Of a stretch of DNA of 32,000 bases, positions 17,064-25,742 are shown in pieces (position 1 is the stretch's first letter; every line of letters starts with the position of its first letter). The DNA is from Pseudodesulfovibrio piezophilus C1TLV30 (lineage in GTDB: Bacteria > Desulfobacterota > Desulfovibrionia > Desulfovibrionales > Desulfovibrionaceae), in assembly GCF_000341895.1 (NCBI RefSeq), contig NC_020409.1, forward strand, positions 3,614,099-3,646,098. Reading direction: 5' to 3'. The notes under the pieces are model-generated. The model was not told the origin of the DNA. It worked only from the letters and a program-made list of their open reading frames with translations, and did not search any database. Position numbers and translations under genes: made by a program.

Positions 17064-18212
17064 TTATTCTGCCAGTCTAATCTCAACGCGTCGATTCTTT
17101 TTCAAATCGGCAGCAGTTTTTCCTGTGGTCAAGGGACGTGATTGACCATAGCCCACAGCTTGCATGGTTTCCGGTGCTATATTCCATTTTGAGACAAGAT
17201 ATTCTTTGACTGCCTGGGCACGTTTTTTGGAAAGATTCAGGTTGTACAGTTCTGAACCAGTGGCATCAGTATGTCCTGCAATGATAATTGATTTACCTGT
17301 CAGTTCCGGAGATGTCATGGCTTGGCCTACTGAATCGAGCAGAGTATATGATTCCTGATCAATAATTGCGTTGTCGAATTTGAAATGGATGTCCAGATTC
17401 ACACCTTTTACCTGGGGGCGCTGGGAGGGAACTTCTTTGGCCGAGGGCTGTTTGGCAGTGGTCTCGGGAGGGAGGTCCGTTTCTATTTTTTGCTGATCTG
17501 TAGAAGTTTTCAGTGGGGCAGGAGCAAGAGGTTCTGCCGTCAGATTGGCTTTGACTTCCTGAACATTGGCAGCAAACGGATAGTTGGAATCAGGAGTGGG
17601 CAACCAGCCTTTGAGCGGCAGTGCCATGTCTTTTGCTATGGCACGTATGATTTTATTGAACGGACCTTCTGACATGCGGTATGCCTGCTGGAAAACTATG
17701 TAGTCTTCGGTTTCTCGTTTGGCGATTCTTCCTGACTGTATCATGTCCCAGAGGAGTTCCCCACTCTCGGTCGAGTATATTTTTATGGCGATGGTTATGG
17801 CTGTATCATCCAAAGTGTGCCCCGCATAGAAATAAGGGACATACCCGAGAACAAGCAGGTCGGCTCCTCGAAAACGCGCTTGTGCCAGAGCTTCTTGCAT
17901 TCCTTTGTTCAGAGTGTCGTGCCGCAGCTCTTGAGTGGGGAATAGACGTTCTTCAGTCCAGGCATAATGAAAAATTTCGGCAAAGGTATTTGCGAGGTGT
18001 CTATAGTCACTGTTTGGCTGTTGGATGATAAAAGGTGGAATATAGGCTGTGAGTGGTCGGTACTCTTTCCCCTTTGGGTGGATAGAAACCTGAAGTGACG
18101 ATTTCCTGACAGGCACATCGTGGTATATGGTTGGTGGTTCCGAAAGGGAAGCATCGATGTGTCCACATGCTGCGAGTATAGATAACAGGCCTAGAAGTAG
18201 TATCTTTTTCAT
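17064..18212 (-). CDS. OmpA-family lipoprotein (N-terminal LpoB/FlgO-like module, Pro-rich linker, C-terminal OmpA peptidoglycan-binding domain)
   Basis: The ORF-track start at 18380 is TTG and overlaps the upstream gene. ATG 18212 gives MKKILLLGLLSILAACGH (lipobox LAAC). The C-terminus has IIAGHTDATGSELYNLNLSKKRAQAV...NRRVEIRL (OmpA_C). The linker is APAPLKTSTDQQKIETDLPPETTAKQPSAKEVPSQRPQ. Confidence 0.85.
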   Translation of the reverse strand: MKKILLLGLLSILAACGHIDASLSEPPTIYHDVPVRKSSLQVSIHPKGKEYRPLTAYIPPFIIQQPNSDYRHLANTFAEIFHYAWTEERLFPTQELRHDTLNKGMQEALAQARFRGADLLVLGYVPYFYAGHTLDDTAITIAIKIYSTESGELLWDMIQSGRIAKRETEDYIVFQQAYRMSEGPFNKIIRAIAKDMALPLKGWLPTPDSNYPFAANVQEVKANLTAEPLAPAPLKTSTDQQKIETDLPPETTAKQPSAKEVPSQRPQVKGVNLDIHFKFDNAIIDQESYTLLDSVGQAMTSPELTGKSIIIAGHTDATGSELYNLNLSKKRAQAVKEYLVSKWNIAPETMQAVGYGQSRPLTTGKTAADLKKNRRVEIRLAE

Positions 18213-18312
18213 AACGTCCACCGGATTGATGTTGCAATGATTCCGAGGAGTGCGCCACTGTACTGACACTCCGAAGAGAATGAACATGAAAAGCAATATA
18301 TGTGCCGCAGAG

Positions 18313-18645
18313 CTACTGAAGTCTTTCGGTGGGGGAGGGCGCAGACTCAATGGATTCGAGAAGTTGTTCTTTGGATTCAAGCAATCCCTGGCGCAGGAGT
18401 ATTTTTTTCCCGGTTGAAAGCTTGCGAAATTCAGGCCTGTCTGCCAAGTCGCTCAGGCGATCCATTTCATTGAGTATGTTTCGGATCAGAGTTTGAATGT
18501 CCTTGCCTCGCGGGCTGAGTTGCGAGGCAAGGACTGCGAGTTCACGAATTTCATGTGCCATTTTCTTGAAGTTCCGGGGCTGTATCTGACGTGCCAGTTG
18601 ACGCTGTGCGCGAAAGCTCTCGACCTTATCCCTGAACCATCCCAT
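18313..18645 (-). CDS. Hypothetical 110-aa helical, charged protein
   Basis: ATG with GGGAG 8 nt upstream, 11 nt after the stop of the zinc-ribbon/Yip1 gene. No TM segment and no motif I recognise. Confidence 0.55.
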   Translation of the reverse strand: MGWFRDKVESFRAQRQLARQIQPRNFKKMAHEIRELAVLASQLSPRGKDIQTLIRNILNEMDRLSDLADRPEFRKLSTGKKILLRQGLLESKEQLLESIESAPSPTERLQ

Positions 18646-18656
18646 ACCTATGCTCC

Positions 18657-19799
18657 CTAAATTAACAGTCCGGAACTGTTTGCTGAATAAAAGCCAGCAA
18701 TCATGGCTAGTAGGATAGGAATAAGGGTAATAGGAATGATTTTCGAGTAGGATGAACTGTGTACCTGTTTAAGCCCCACAACCGTCAGGGCAAGACGCAG
18801 GATGACGGTGATACACATCCACCCTAACTGGATATTCATGGTCGGCATAGGGAAAAGCCCCAGAATAACCGGTGTGTTGGAGTAGGCCAAGACGCGGAAT
18901 GTCCCTTCGAAACCTTGCCGATCCTCTTGGGTCAGCTTCAAGAGAAGATGGTATAATCCGGCCATGAGAAATTGACCGGCAGTAACGACAGCAGGCATGA
19001 GAAGCAGGATAGTAAGCATTGCTGTTGATGACACTTCATTGGTCAATGAATTATTGTTTCCCGTGAGTGGAGAAAGTCCTCCAAGTCCCCAAAGAAATTG
19101 GAATAATTCCTGAATCATTGGGAGTAAGATGGCAAAAGCCAGAGGTTTGGAAAGCCCTCCGCCGACCGGCATGACTGAAAAAAAGAGTTTTGGAGATGTC
19201 AGAATCAGTTTGATGGTCAGGAACAAGCCAGGAAAAAAACCATAGCGATCCAATTGCTCAAAAGGAGGCGGGACCAAAATGGAGTTGTGTTCTTCCTCTT
19301 CAGATTTCAATGATTCCTGCATCGGATCTGGGAAATCTTCATTGAATTCACCTGTCCATCCGGGAACAGGCTCTTGATTTTTTTGTTGATATGATTTTTC
19401 GCGCGGTTCTTCTGTGTGATTTTGTTCCCGCGAGGTCTCTGGGGGGCGCATACTGTCAAGCTTCTCCCACAGTCCTTCCTCTGTTTTTTCGCCTGGGGCT
19501 GTGAGGGAAGGAAGGTCGGACTCTTCTTCCATTTTACGCTTTTTATCCGAGTTTTTCGGTGTTGGAGAGACTGTCTCGGCTTGATCCGATGGAATCTCTT
19601 CATGTGTCGTTTGCGCGGGAGGGGTGGTAGGGAGAGTAGAAGTCTCCTCCTGTTCTTCAATGACGAAATCATCCTCAGGGATGTCCCGAAATTGAAATTT
19701 GGTCCGGCACTTGGGGCATGTCGCCATAGCAGAACGTGCCGGAATCTTCGTTTCGTCAACTTCTCTGCCAAATTGGCATTCAGGGCAAATTATTTCCAT
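18657..19799 (-). CDS. Zinc-ribbon (MJ0042-type) plus Yip1-like multi-pass membrane protein
   Basis: N-terminus CPECQF...x...CPKCRTKFQF, then about 130 aa of acidic/Pro-rich linker, then 5 hydrophobic helices typical of Yip1-domain proteins. Two ATGs are available (19805 and 19799). GAGGA abuts the first and is 6 nt from the second, so I prefer 19799. Confidence 0.7.
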   Translation of the reverse strand: MEIICPECQFGREVDETKIPARSAMATCPKCRTKFQFRDIPEDDFVIEEQEETSTLPTTPPAQTTHEEIPSDQAETVSPTPKNSDKKRKMEEESDLPSLTAPGEKTEEGLWEKLDSMRPPETSREQNHTEEPREKSYQQKNQEPVPGWTGEFNEDFPDPMQESLKSEEEEHNSILVPPPFEQLDRYGFFPGLFLTIKLILTSPKLFFSVMPVGGGLSKPLAFAILLPMIQELFQFLWGLGGLSPLTGNNNSLTNEVSSTAMLTILLLMPAVVTAGQFLMAGLYHLLLKLTQEDRQGFEGTFRVLAYSNTPVILGLFPMPTMNIQLGWMCITVILRLALTVVGLKQVHSSSYSKIIPITLIPILLAMIAGFYSANSSGLLI

Positions 19800-19890
19800 C
19801 GTCATTCCTCGAAAGACGTTGCGGTCAGTATCGTGTGCTCGTAGCTATTTTGTACGGAAGAATCAAGTTTGGTGCAAATATGGTCAAATG

Positions 19891-21102
19891 CTATACGGGA
19901 TTCTCTTCAAGCAGCATGACTTGGAGAGTCCCTGCAATGAAAGAGGCTTCAGCGAAGTGAGAGCGTTTCAGGCTTGGGTATTCATTATTGAGGATGTGAT
20001 GTATACGGTCGCCACCGGCTTTGTCAAAGCGTTCCAGCTTTGCAGTCAATTCTTTGGTCCCTTTTCGAAGGCGGCTGAAATGTACAATAGGCGCGTCAAC
20101 AGCCAGGGCCGTTCGTCCTGTTATGCCATGGAGACGCTCATGCACAGGGCGATCAAATGTGATCCCCGGGAGATTTTTGAAAAGGCGTAATTGCAGGTCC
20201 GGCCATAACCCGAATCCGATCTTGCTGTTCTCTGAGTCCGGGTACAATGTCATGCGGGGAAAGTAGCATGCTTCCAGGCGTTTAATGAGCAGAAGGGCAG
20301 TGAAAAGTGCCCAAGTGTCTTCACTGAACATTTCATCGCCGTCCAGGTAAAGAATCCATTCACCGTCACATTTTTCCAGCATCAGGTTACGTTGATCTGC
20401 AAAATCCTCCAGGGGATGGGCAAAGTGTCTGATGTTAGCCTCGCATCGAAATTCTTTTGCTGGTACTTCGTGACTGTCCCAAATGACCACTATTTCTTTA
20501 ATCCAATCCGGGAATTGTGCGAAAAAAGTCTCTAAATCCGGCTCCTCCGGGTGGAGAATTACTCCAACACTCAGGTCTGGAGCCTGCACAGCGACATGGC
20601 TCAGGTAGGAACTGTTGATCGCCTGATGTGGTCGGGCGCTGATAAAAAGACGTTGGAGTGATTGAAATTTGTTTTTCGTCTTTTCGTCAAGATCCGGGTT
20701 CAGGGCTGTATGAGCGTTTTTTGTAGTTATACCAATCGTAAAAAGTAAATAGAGGAGAGCCCAGGGGGAGGTGTCGCATGCAACAGCCTTCCGCGTGCTT
20801 GAATGCCATTCTGGATTATTCTTCAGGAAATCCCGAGCAGTGGTCAACCCCGTTTCACAAACAATAAGATTCATTTCTTGGGGGAGAGCCTCTGCAAGAG
20901 CCAAGGCGTGGGAACCGGAACCAAGTCCAAACAGGATAAGAGTGCATGCGCCACTTTTTGCGTGAAGATTGACGGTCCTTTGGATAAAGGTCTCCATTTC
21001 GTCTTGTTTCTTCGATAGCTTTTCATTGTGAATCGCCTCTGGTTTCTTGAAGTCGAAGGTCAGGACCGAATGTGTATATTCTTGTATCAAGCTGATGCTC
21101 AT
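19891..21102 (-). CDS. Two-domain glycosyltransferase: N-terminal GxGxG Rossmann-like (Maf-like?) module plus C-terminal GT2 (GT-A) domain
   Basis: The C-terminal half has LSVGVILHPEEPDLETF...EIVVIWDS...DQRNLMLEKCDGEWILYLDGDE, the GT2 pattern with a DxD-type motif. The N-terminal half has LILFGLGSGSHALALAEAL...LIVCE. Its ATG overlaps the stop of the upstream GT4 gene (ATGA). Confidence 0.7.
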   Translation of the reverse strand: MSISLIQEYTHSVLTFDFKKPEAIHNEKLSKKQDEMETFIQRTVNLHAKSGACTLILFGLGSGSHALALAEALPQEMNLIVCETGLTTARDFLKNNPEWHSSTRKAVACDTSPWALLYLLFTIGITTKNAHTALNPDLDEKTKNKFQSLQRLFISARPHQAINSSYLSHVAVQAPDLSVGVILHPEEPDLETFFAQFPDWIKEIVVIWDSHEVPAKEFRCEANIRHFAHPLEDFADQRNLMLEKCDGEWILYLDGDEMFSEDTWALFTALLLIKRLEACYFPRMTLYPDSENSKIGFGLWPDLQLRLFKNLPGITFDRPVHERLHGITGRTALAVDAPIVHFSRLRKGTKELTAKLERFDKAGGDRIHHILNNEYPSLKRSHFAEASFIAGTLQVMLLEENPV

Positions 21103-22172
21103 GATGTGATTCCTTTGAGAGTCAGGAGTTCTGTGTAAATGGTTTCAAGCTGTGCGGCAATGTCCTGCATTCGATAGAGCTGCGCTGCTTTCGATTGTCC
21201 GTTCTGTCCCATGCGTTTCGCTTCTTCCGGGTGAGTCAGCAGATATTTGACGGCTCCAACATAGTCCTCGAGAGTTCGTGCAACCAGTCCGGTGACACCA
21301 TGTTCAACCAGTTCAAGCTGTGCATTGTCCTTAAGTCCTTCACAGGGATGTGTGACCACAGGTAATCCACAAGCCATGGCCTCAGCTATGACGAGGCCAA
21401 AGGATTCTCCAGTATCATTGGCATGGGCCAGCAATGAAAGTTCATTCATGAAGTCAGCGACTTCTGCATCTGTATGAACCGGATCATGGAAGACAACATT
21501 CTGATCAAGCCTATGCGTATTTACATAATCGTATGCTTCGGGAATTCCGCCTATAATATGGTACTGGAAGTTGGGAATATCTTGAACCAGGCGAGGAAGG
21601 ATTTCCAGTGCGAGCGAAGACCATTTCCCCGGATCTGCTCGGGATATTCTTCCTGCGATAGGGAGAGAAAAATCTTTGTTCTTGAGAGCATGTTTGGCCA
21701 GAAAATCGGTATCAACCGGGTTGTAAAGAAATGAATATCGAGGAGGACAGGCATTGATACCATGGACGTGGGCAAAACGATCAAGGCAAAACTTCGAAAC
21801 AAAAAGAGTCCTGTCAAGAATAAGCGCTGCGGGGCTGGGGTCATGATGCCCAAAAACATTTGTCTCGACCACAACGGGTATTTTTGCCAGTTTCATGGGG
21901 GTCAACTGTCCTGGTTCGGGCCAGCCAGCGCGATGAATATGGACAATATGCGGCTGAAATGAATGCAGGAGCTTCAGGATATCCCCACCTATGTGGGTTG
22001 TAATTCCCTGTGCCCTGAGTTGTGTGCCAACTTCCCCATTTCCTGCGGCATATACTACAGGATTGAACCGCTGGCGGTCCAGGTTTGCAACGAGCAGTCG
22101 CATAACTTTTTCCGTACCGCCAAGGTTCAGGGATTTGACAACATGGAGGACTCGAATCCGTGAATCAGACAT
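21099..22172 (-). CDS. Glycosyltransferase family 4 (GT-B, GT1-like)
   Basis: 357 aa with an N-terminal GGTEK-type motif (LNLGGTEKV) and the C-terminal E-x7-E region ESFGLVIAEAMACGLPVVT. Confidence 0.85.
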   Translation of the reverse strand: MSDSRIRVLHVVKSLNLGGTEKVMRLLVANLDRQRFNPVVYAAGNGEVGTQLRAQGITTHIGGDILKLLHSFQPHIVHIHRAGWPEPGQLTPMKLAKIPVVVETNVFGHHDPSPAALILDRTLFVSKFCLDRFAHVHGINACPPRYSFLYNPVDTDFLAKHALKNKDFSLPIAGRISRADPGKWSSLALEILPRLVQDIPNFQYHIIGGIPEAYDYVNTHRLDQNVVFHDPVHTDAEVADFMNELSLLAHANDTGESFGLVIAEAMACGLPVVTHPCEGLKDNAQLELVEHGVTGLVARTLEDYVGAVKYLLTHPEEAKRMGQNGQSKAAQLYRMQDIAAQLETIYTELLTLKGITS

Positions 22173-22233
22173 GGTGGAAAGGTGCCATATGCAGTGGGGC
22201 TTGTAAATATGGCAGGTGCTTGGAACCCAAAAG

Positions 22234-22259
22234 AAAATCGGCCCCAGAGGGCCGATTTT
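22234..22259 (-). terminator. Rho-independent terminator after fliS
   Basis: AAAATCGGCCC (22234-22244) pairs perfectly with GGGCCGATTTT (22249-22259) around a 4-nt loop. On the minus strand it is followed by CTTTTGGG, and the stem itself ends in TTTT. Confidence 0.75.
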
Positions 22260-22261
22260 GA

Positions 22262-22897
22262 TTAACCGTTGTTATTGCTGTATGCGTTGGCAGCCCTGAA
22301 TTTGGCAGCGTTGAAAGCTGATCGGAGTTTGGCTGGTTCTTCGTTTTGGGGCGGTGTTGGTTGTTCTCCAGTTGTTGGCTTCGGCTGAGTCTGAGTTTTC
22401 TGTGGTGCCGACGGCTGAGCGGGGGAAGCCGATTGGGGCATAATCGGAGGGGCTACCGGGACAGAAGGAGCCATTGGCTCCGTCCCTTTTGCCGAGATTT
22501 GCCGCGAATCACCAGGAGCTGCCTTTCCTTCTTCCGTAGGCACAATCTGGACATAGGCGGAACGAATTCCGTCTAGGATCTTGATGACATCATCAATCAT
22601 TTTTTTGTCCAGGCGAATGTTCGCCTTGAGGAGCTGCGAGGTGCAGAACATGTAGAGTTGAGCAAGGCGAGGCGTTATTTCTCCACCTTTTTCCTTATTC
22701 AGACTTTCCGACAGCTCATGAATAATCGCCATGGCCTTGGAAATATATATTCCTTTTTTGGCGAAATCCTTGTTGTCAATTTCAAGCTTGGCGCGTTTGA
22801 GGAACTTGATCGCGGCGTCATAGAGCATGATCAAGAGTTCGCCTTGCGTGGTCGTTTCGACCTGGGTTGCAAGATAGGCCCGTGCAGGGTTGGCCAT
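22262..22897 (-). CDS. fliS: Flagellar export chaperone FliS with about 90-aa Pro/Gln/Ala-rich C-terminal extension
   Basis: Residues 1-~118 match the FliS four-helix pattern (YLATQVETTTQGELLIMLYDAAIKFL...A..II.EL..SL...GGEI...L..LY.F...L..AN). AGGAGGAAGACTGA precedes the ATG, 21 nt after the fliD stop. Confidence 0.88.
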   Translation of the reverse strand: MANPARAYLATQVETTTQGELLIMLYDAAIKFLKRAKLEIDNKDFAKKGIYISKAMAIIHELSESLNKEKGGEITPRLAQLYMFCTSQLLKANIRLDKKMIDDVIKILDGIRSAYVQIVPTEEGKAAPGDSRQISAKGTEPMAPSVPVAPPIMPQSASPAQPSAPQKTQTQPKPTTGEQPTPPQNEEPAKLRSAFNAAKFRAANAYSNNNG

Positions 22898-22918
22898 TCA
22901 GTCTTCCTCCTGTCTTTG

Positions 22919-24613
22919 CTACTCGAGCTGAGCCAGCGAGCTTTCAAGCTGGCCTTGTTGCAGTTCGTACTGGCCGAGTAAGGCGTCCAGTCGAGCATAC
23001 TTCAGCTTCATGTTGCGTTCCAACTTTTCGATTCGTGTGGTCTCGTATTCGATTTTCGAATCGATGTTGTCCATGATGTCCTTATAGTTGTCCTGCAATA
23101 CTGCAAGAGGGCCACCTTCGTACGTGAATTCATTGTACGGTTTGGTGAGTGCTGTCAATTCATCGACCAATTCACCAGCCTTACCCATTTTGACAGAAAC
23201 TGTGCCATCATATGTCCCCGCGCCTGTGTTGTCGAGGCGGATGGCCATACCCAGCGAATCTCCGGTTGTTCCCGTTATTTCCCATCCCGAGATGGAAGCA
23301 GGCTCTCCATTGATCGTTGCGCTTGTTATTTCGTTTCCATCACTGATGATTGAGACATCGTAGATACCTGGCTTGGTTGTTCCTTCAATAAGCGAGGTAA
23401 ATGTATAGTCCGGCGATTGACTCTCTCCGATATTGTTCGCTGCGAACAGTTCGGCGATGGCATCCGGGTCACTCTGCAAGACTTCATCAAAGAGCTCGTC
23501 ATCAAGTTTGAGCAGGCCATATGTGGTGGACCCTTCTTCTGCATCGGTCAAAATGCCGAATTGCGATAGGGCAGAATAGTGATCTCCTCTCAAAGTTTCT
23601 TGATCCCATGGAACAAAGCCAAGACCAAGGTCTGCGGTAATGTTCTTTAACTTTTGGGAAATCATGTCAATTCCATAGTTTCCGGTAAGGATGGAACCTT
23701 CTCCGTCTTCATCGACATCGGTAATTGCCTGAATTTGCGCTCGGACAACGTTCACCTGATCAATGAATTTGATTACGTTGTTTTTAATTTCGGCAGTGTC
23801 AGTGACTATATTGACCTGAACATTTGTTCCGGGGTCCGCTTGGTTCAGGTTCAGTGTGATTCCCTCGATAATATCATTGATGCTGTTGCTGGATCGTTCG
23901 ATCCAACCTCCTCCGGCTGAGGGGAATCCATTGACCCTGATTTGTGAGTTTTGAGCATTTTGGGTTTCATGGAAATCAGATGCACTAAAAATGATATCCC
24001 CGGCATTGGATATGACAAGTTGGTTATCACCACCTTGGTCCAAACCATTTATCTGGAGATGGTAAACAGAGCCGTCAAAGATTGTCGATGCGCGAACAAG
24101 ATCCTTGGAGTCTGCATGATTGTTGATGATATTAACAAATCCTTCGAGTGTCGTTCCTGCTGAAATATTGCTGATGGTGACGGTTTCACCTGCATAGGAA
24201 AAACTGAATGAAGTGTTGGAGTCTGTGATGGTCGCGCTGAGGTCGCTGACGCCGGAATTGGTGATGTGAACATCATTAGTGGCGAGTTGCCCTATTTCAA
24301 TTGTGTGGGATGCTTCCTGAGCTGAACTATCAGCCGTAGCCGTCAAGAGGGTCGAGTTTGTGCTGTTGACAGTTTTGGCCATGAACTCATTGATAGTATC
24401 AATACTTTGGAGGGCGGTCTTGAGACTGAGCATCTGCGTATTCAGGGACTTGAATTCCTCGCTTTTGATTTCCCAGCTTGCCTTCCAGTTTTCCAGTCGG
24501 TCGACGCGAACCATCTCGGCATCGACCAGACCATCAATAAGTTGGTTGAAGTCGGTCCCGTTTCCGAGGCCGGTAAAGTTGATTGAACCGGAGCTGTAAG
24601 TATCGTCTGCCAT
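22919..24613 (-). CDS. fliD: Flagellar filament cap protein FliD (hook-associated protein 2)
   Basis: N-terminus INFTGLGNGTDFNQLIDGLVDAEMV and C-terminus KYARLDALLGQYELQQGQLESSLAQL are the conserved FliD terminal heptad regions. I use ATG 24613 (AGGA 8 nt upstream) rather than ATG 24661, which lies between the -12 element and the expected start site of the sigma54 promoter. Confidence 0.88.
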   Translation of the reverse strand: MADDTYSSGSINFTGLGNGTDFNQLIDGLVDAEMVRVDRLENWKASWEIKSEEFKSLNTQMLSLKTALQSIDTINEFMAKTVNSTNSTLLTATADSSAQEASHTIEIGQLATNDVHITNSGVSDLSATITDSNTSFSFSYAGETVTISNISAGTTLEGFVNIINNHADSKDLVRASTIFDGSVYHLQINGLDQGGDNQLVISNAGDIIFSASDFHETQNAQNSQIRVNGFPSAGGGWIERSSNSINDIIEGITLNLNQADPGTNVQVNIVTDTAEIKNNVIKFIDQVNVVRAQIQAITDVDEDGEGSILTGNYGIDMISQKLKNITADLGLGFVPWDQETLRGDHYSALSQFGILTDAEEGSTTYGLLKLDDELFDEVLQSDPDAIAELFAANNIGESQSPDYTFTSLIEGTTKPGIYDVSIISDGNEITSATINGEPASISGWEITGTTGDSLGMAIRLDNTGAGTYDGTVSVKMGKAGELVDELTALTKPYNEFTYEGGPLAVLQDNYKDIMDNIDSKIEYETTRIEKLERNMKLKYARLDALLGQYELQQGQLESSLAQLE

Positions 24614-24666
24614 GGCGTTATTCCTACGTGGAAGTTTTTTCCCTACACATTGGGTCACCATTAATC

Positions 24667-24682
24667 TGCAAACCTAATGCCA
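24667..24682 (-). promoter_or_regulatory. Sigma54 (RpoN) -24/-12 promoter for fliD-fliS
   Basis: Minus strand reads TGGCATTAGGTTTGCA, against the consensus TGGCAC-N5-TTGCW. GG and GC are separated by exactly 10 nt. It lies about 55 nt upstream of the fliD ATG and just downstream of the flagellin terminator. Confidence 0.6.
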
Positions 24683-24696
24683 CCCTGGCCCAAGCC

Positions 24697-24731
24697 AATA
24701 AAAGGGCCGGACTCTGCATGAGAGCCCGGCC
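24697..24731 (-). terminator. Rho-independent terminator after the flagellin gene
   Basis: Minus strand reads GGCCGGGCTCT-CATGC-AGAGTCCGGCC (10 bp with one mismatch) followed by CTTTTATTGG. It lies 33 nt after the flagellin stop. Confidence 0.65.
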
Positions 24732-24763
24732 GGAAGTGCGCAACAATGCGACTCGTATCAAGA

Positions 24764-25651
24764 CTAACCGATAAGGGACAGAGCCATTCTCGGCAAGGAG
24801 TTGGCCTGAGACAGCATGGAAACCGCTGCCTGAGTCTTGATCTGGTTTCGGACGAACTCGGTCATCTCGGAGGCGACATCAACATCAGAGATTCGAGATT
24901 CGGCAGCCTGGACGTTTTCGGCCTGGATTTCCAGAACTGTAACGGTGTTTTCCAGCCTGTTTTGCAAGGCTCCGAGGTTTGCGCGAATCTTATCCTTGGA
25001 GATAATCGCGTTACTCAGAACATCCAGGGATTGCTGGGCAAGAGCCTGGGTTGAAATTGAGGCTCCGGCACCAGTTCCGGCACCCAATCCAACGCCAAGA
25101 GCCGAAGCGGTCGAGGTGTCGATCTGGATGTAGTAGTAATCTTCCGAAGAGTCATTACCGGTACCAAAGTGAACCTTCAACTGACCGGATGCCTTCAGTC
25201 CTGCACCGGAGTGGGTGGAGGAGGACAGGTTTCCGTTCAGCAGGTAAATGCCGTTGAAGTCGGTCGAGTTGGCGATACGGGTAATTTCCGAAGCCATTGC
25301 CTGATACTCTGAGTCGATGATCAGGCGCTGATCGGAGTTATAGGTACCCGTGGAGGCCTGCATGGCCAATTCCTTCATACGGATCAGCTTTTCATCGATA
25401 ACGCCGAGGGCGCCGTCAGCTGTCTGAATAAGGGAGATGGCATCGTTTGCGTTACGAATACCCTGATTGAGGGACGTAATGTCGGCGCGCATCAACTCTC
25501 GGACAGCCAGACCAGCAGCATCATCCGAGGATTGGGTAATACGCATTCCCGAAGACAGGCGACGGGTTGACGTTTCCAAAGCTCCAAACGAACTTCCCAA
25601 GTTGCGGGCTGCGTTCATTGCCATCAAGTTGTTGTTAATAACCAGAGCCAT
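24764..25651 (-). CDS. fliC: Flagellin (short, 295 aa)
   Basis: N-terminus MALVINNNLMAMNAARNLG...TSTRRLSSGMRI and C-terminus ...VSMLSQANSLPRMALSLIG are canonical flagellin D0/D1 segments. The ORF-track start at 25699 is GTG. ATG 25651 follows AAGGAGGAAATT. Confidence 0.93.
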   Translation of the reverse strand: MALVINNNLMAMNAARNLGSSFGALETSTRRLSSGMRITQSSDDAAGLAVRELMRADITSLNQGIRNANDAISLIQTADGALGVIDEKLIRMKELAMQASTGTYNSDQRLIIDSEYQAMASEITRIANSTDFNGIYLLNGNLSSSTHSGAGLKASGQLKVHFGTGNDSSEDYYYIQIDTSTASALGVGLGAGTGAGASISTQALAQQSLDVLSNAIISKDKIRANLGALQNRLENTVTVLEIQAENVQAAESRISDVDVASEMTEFVRNQIKTQAAVSMLSQANSLPRMALSLIG

Positions 25652-25742
25652 AATTTCCTCCTTGAAATTGTTTCGGCTTCCATGCCTGAGATTTTCCACC
25701 CGAAATATCTTTACCGGGCAAATCTCTCGCTTGTTGATTTAC

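Noticed and set aside
18213-18380. Extended starts given by the ORF track for the OmpA-family gene (18380), hemB (15573), flagellin (25699), the AsmA-like gene (28590), uup (11580), the SK-like gene (29670) and the DUF2721 gene (30805).
   Set aside because: All but the 30805 start are GTG/TTG codons translated as M by the track. 30805 is an ATG, but that extension overlaps thyX. In each case a downstream ATG with a proper SD gives the canonical N-terminus (lipoprotein signal, MALVINNN flagellin, [13 protein letters not shown] HemB, and so on), and the extensions overlap neighbouring genes or regulatory elements.
22173-22233. TGGCAC hexamer about 10 nt upstream of the GT4 start, considered as a sigma54 -24 element.
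   Set aside because: There is no TTGC -12 element at the required N5 spacing (the sequence there is CACC), and it is too close to the ATG to leave a leader.
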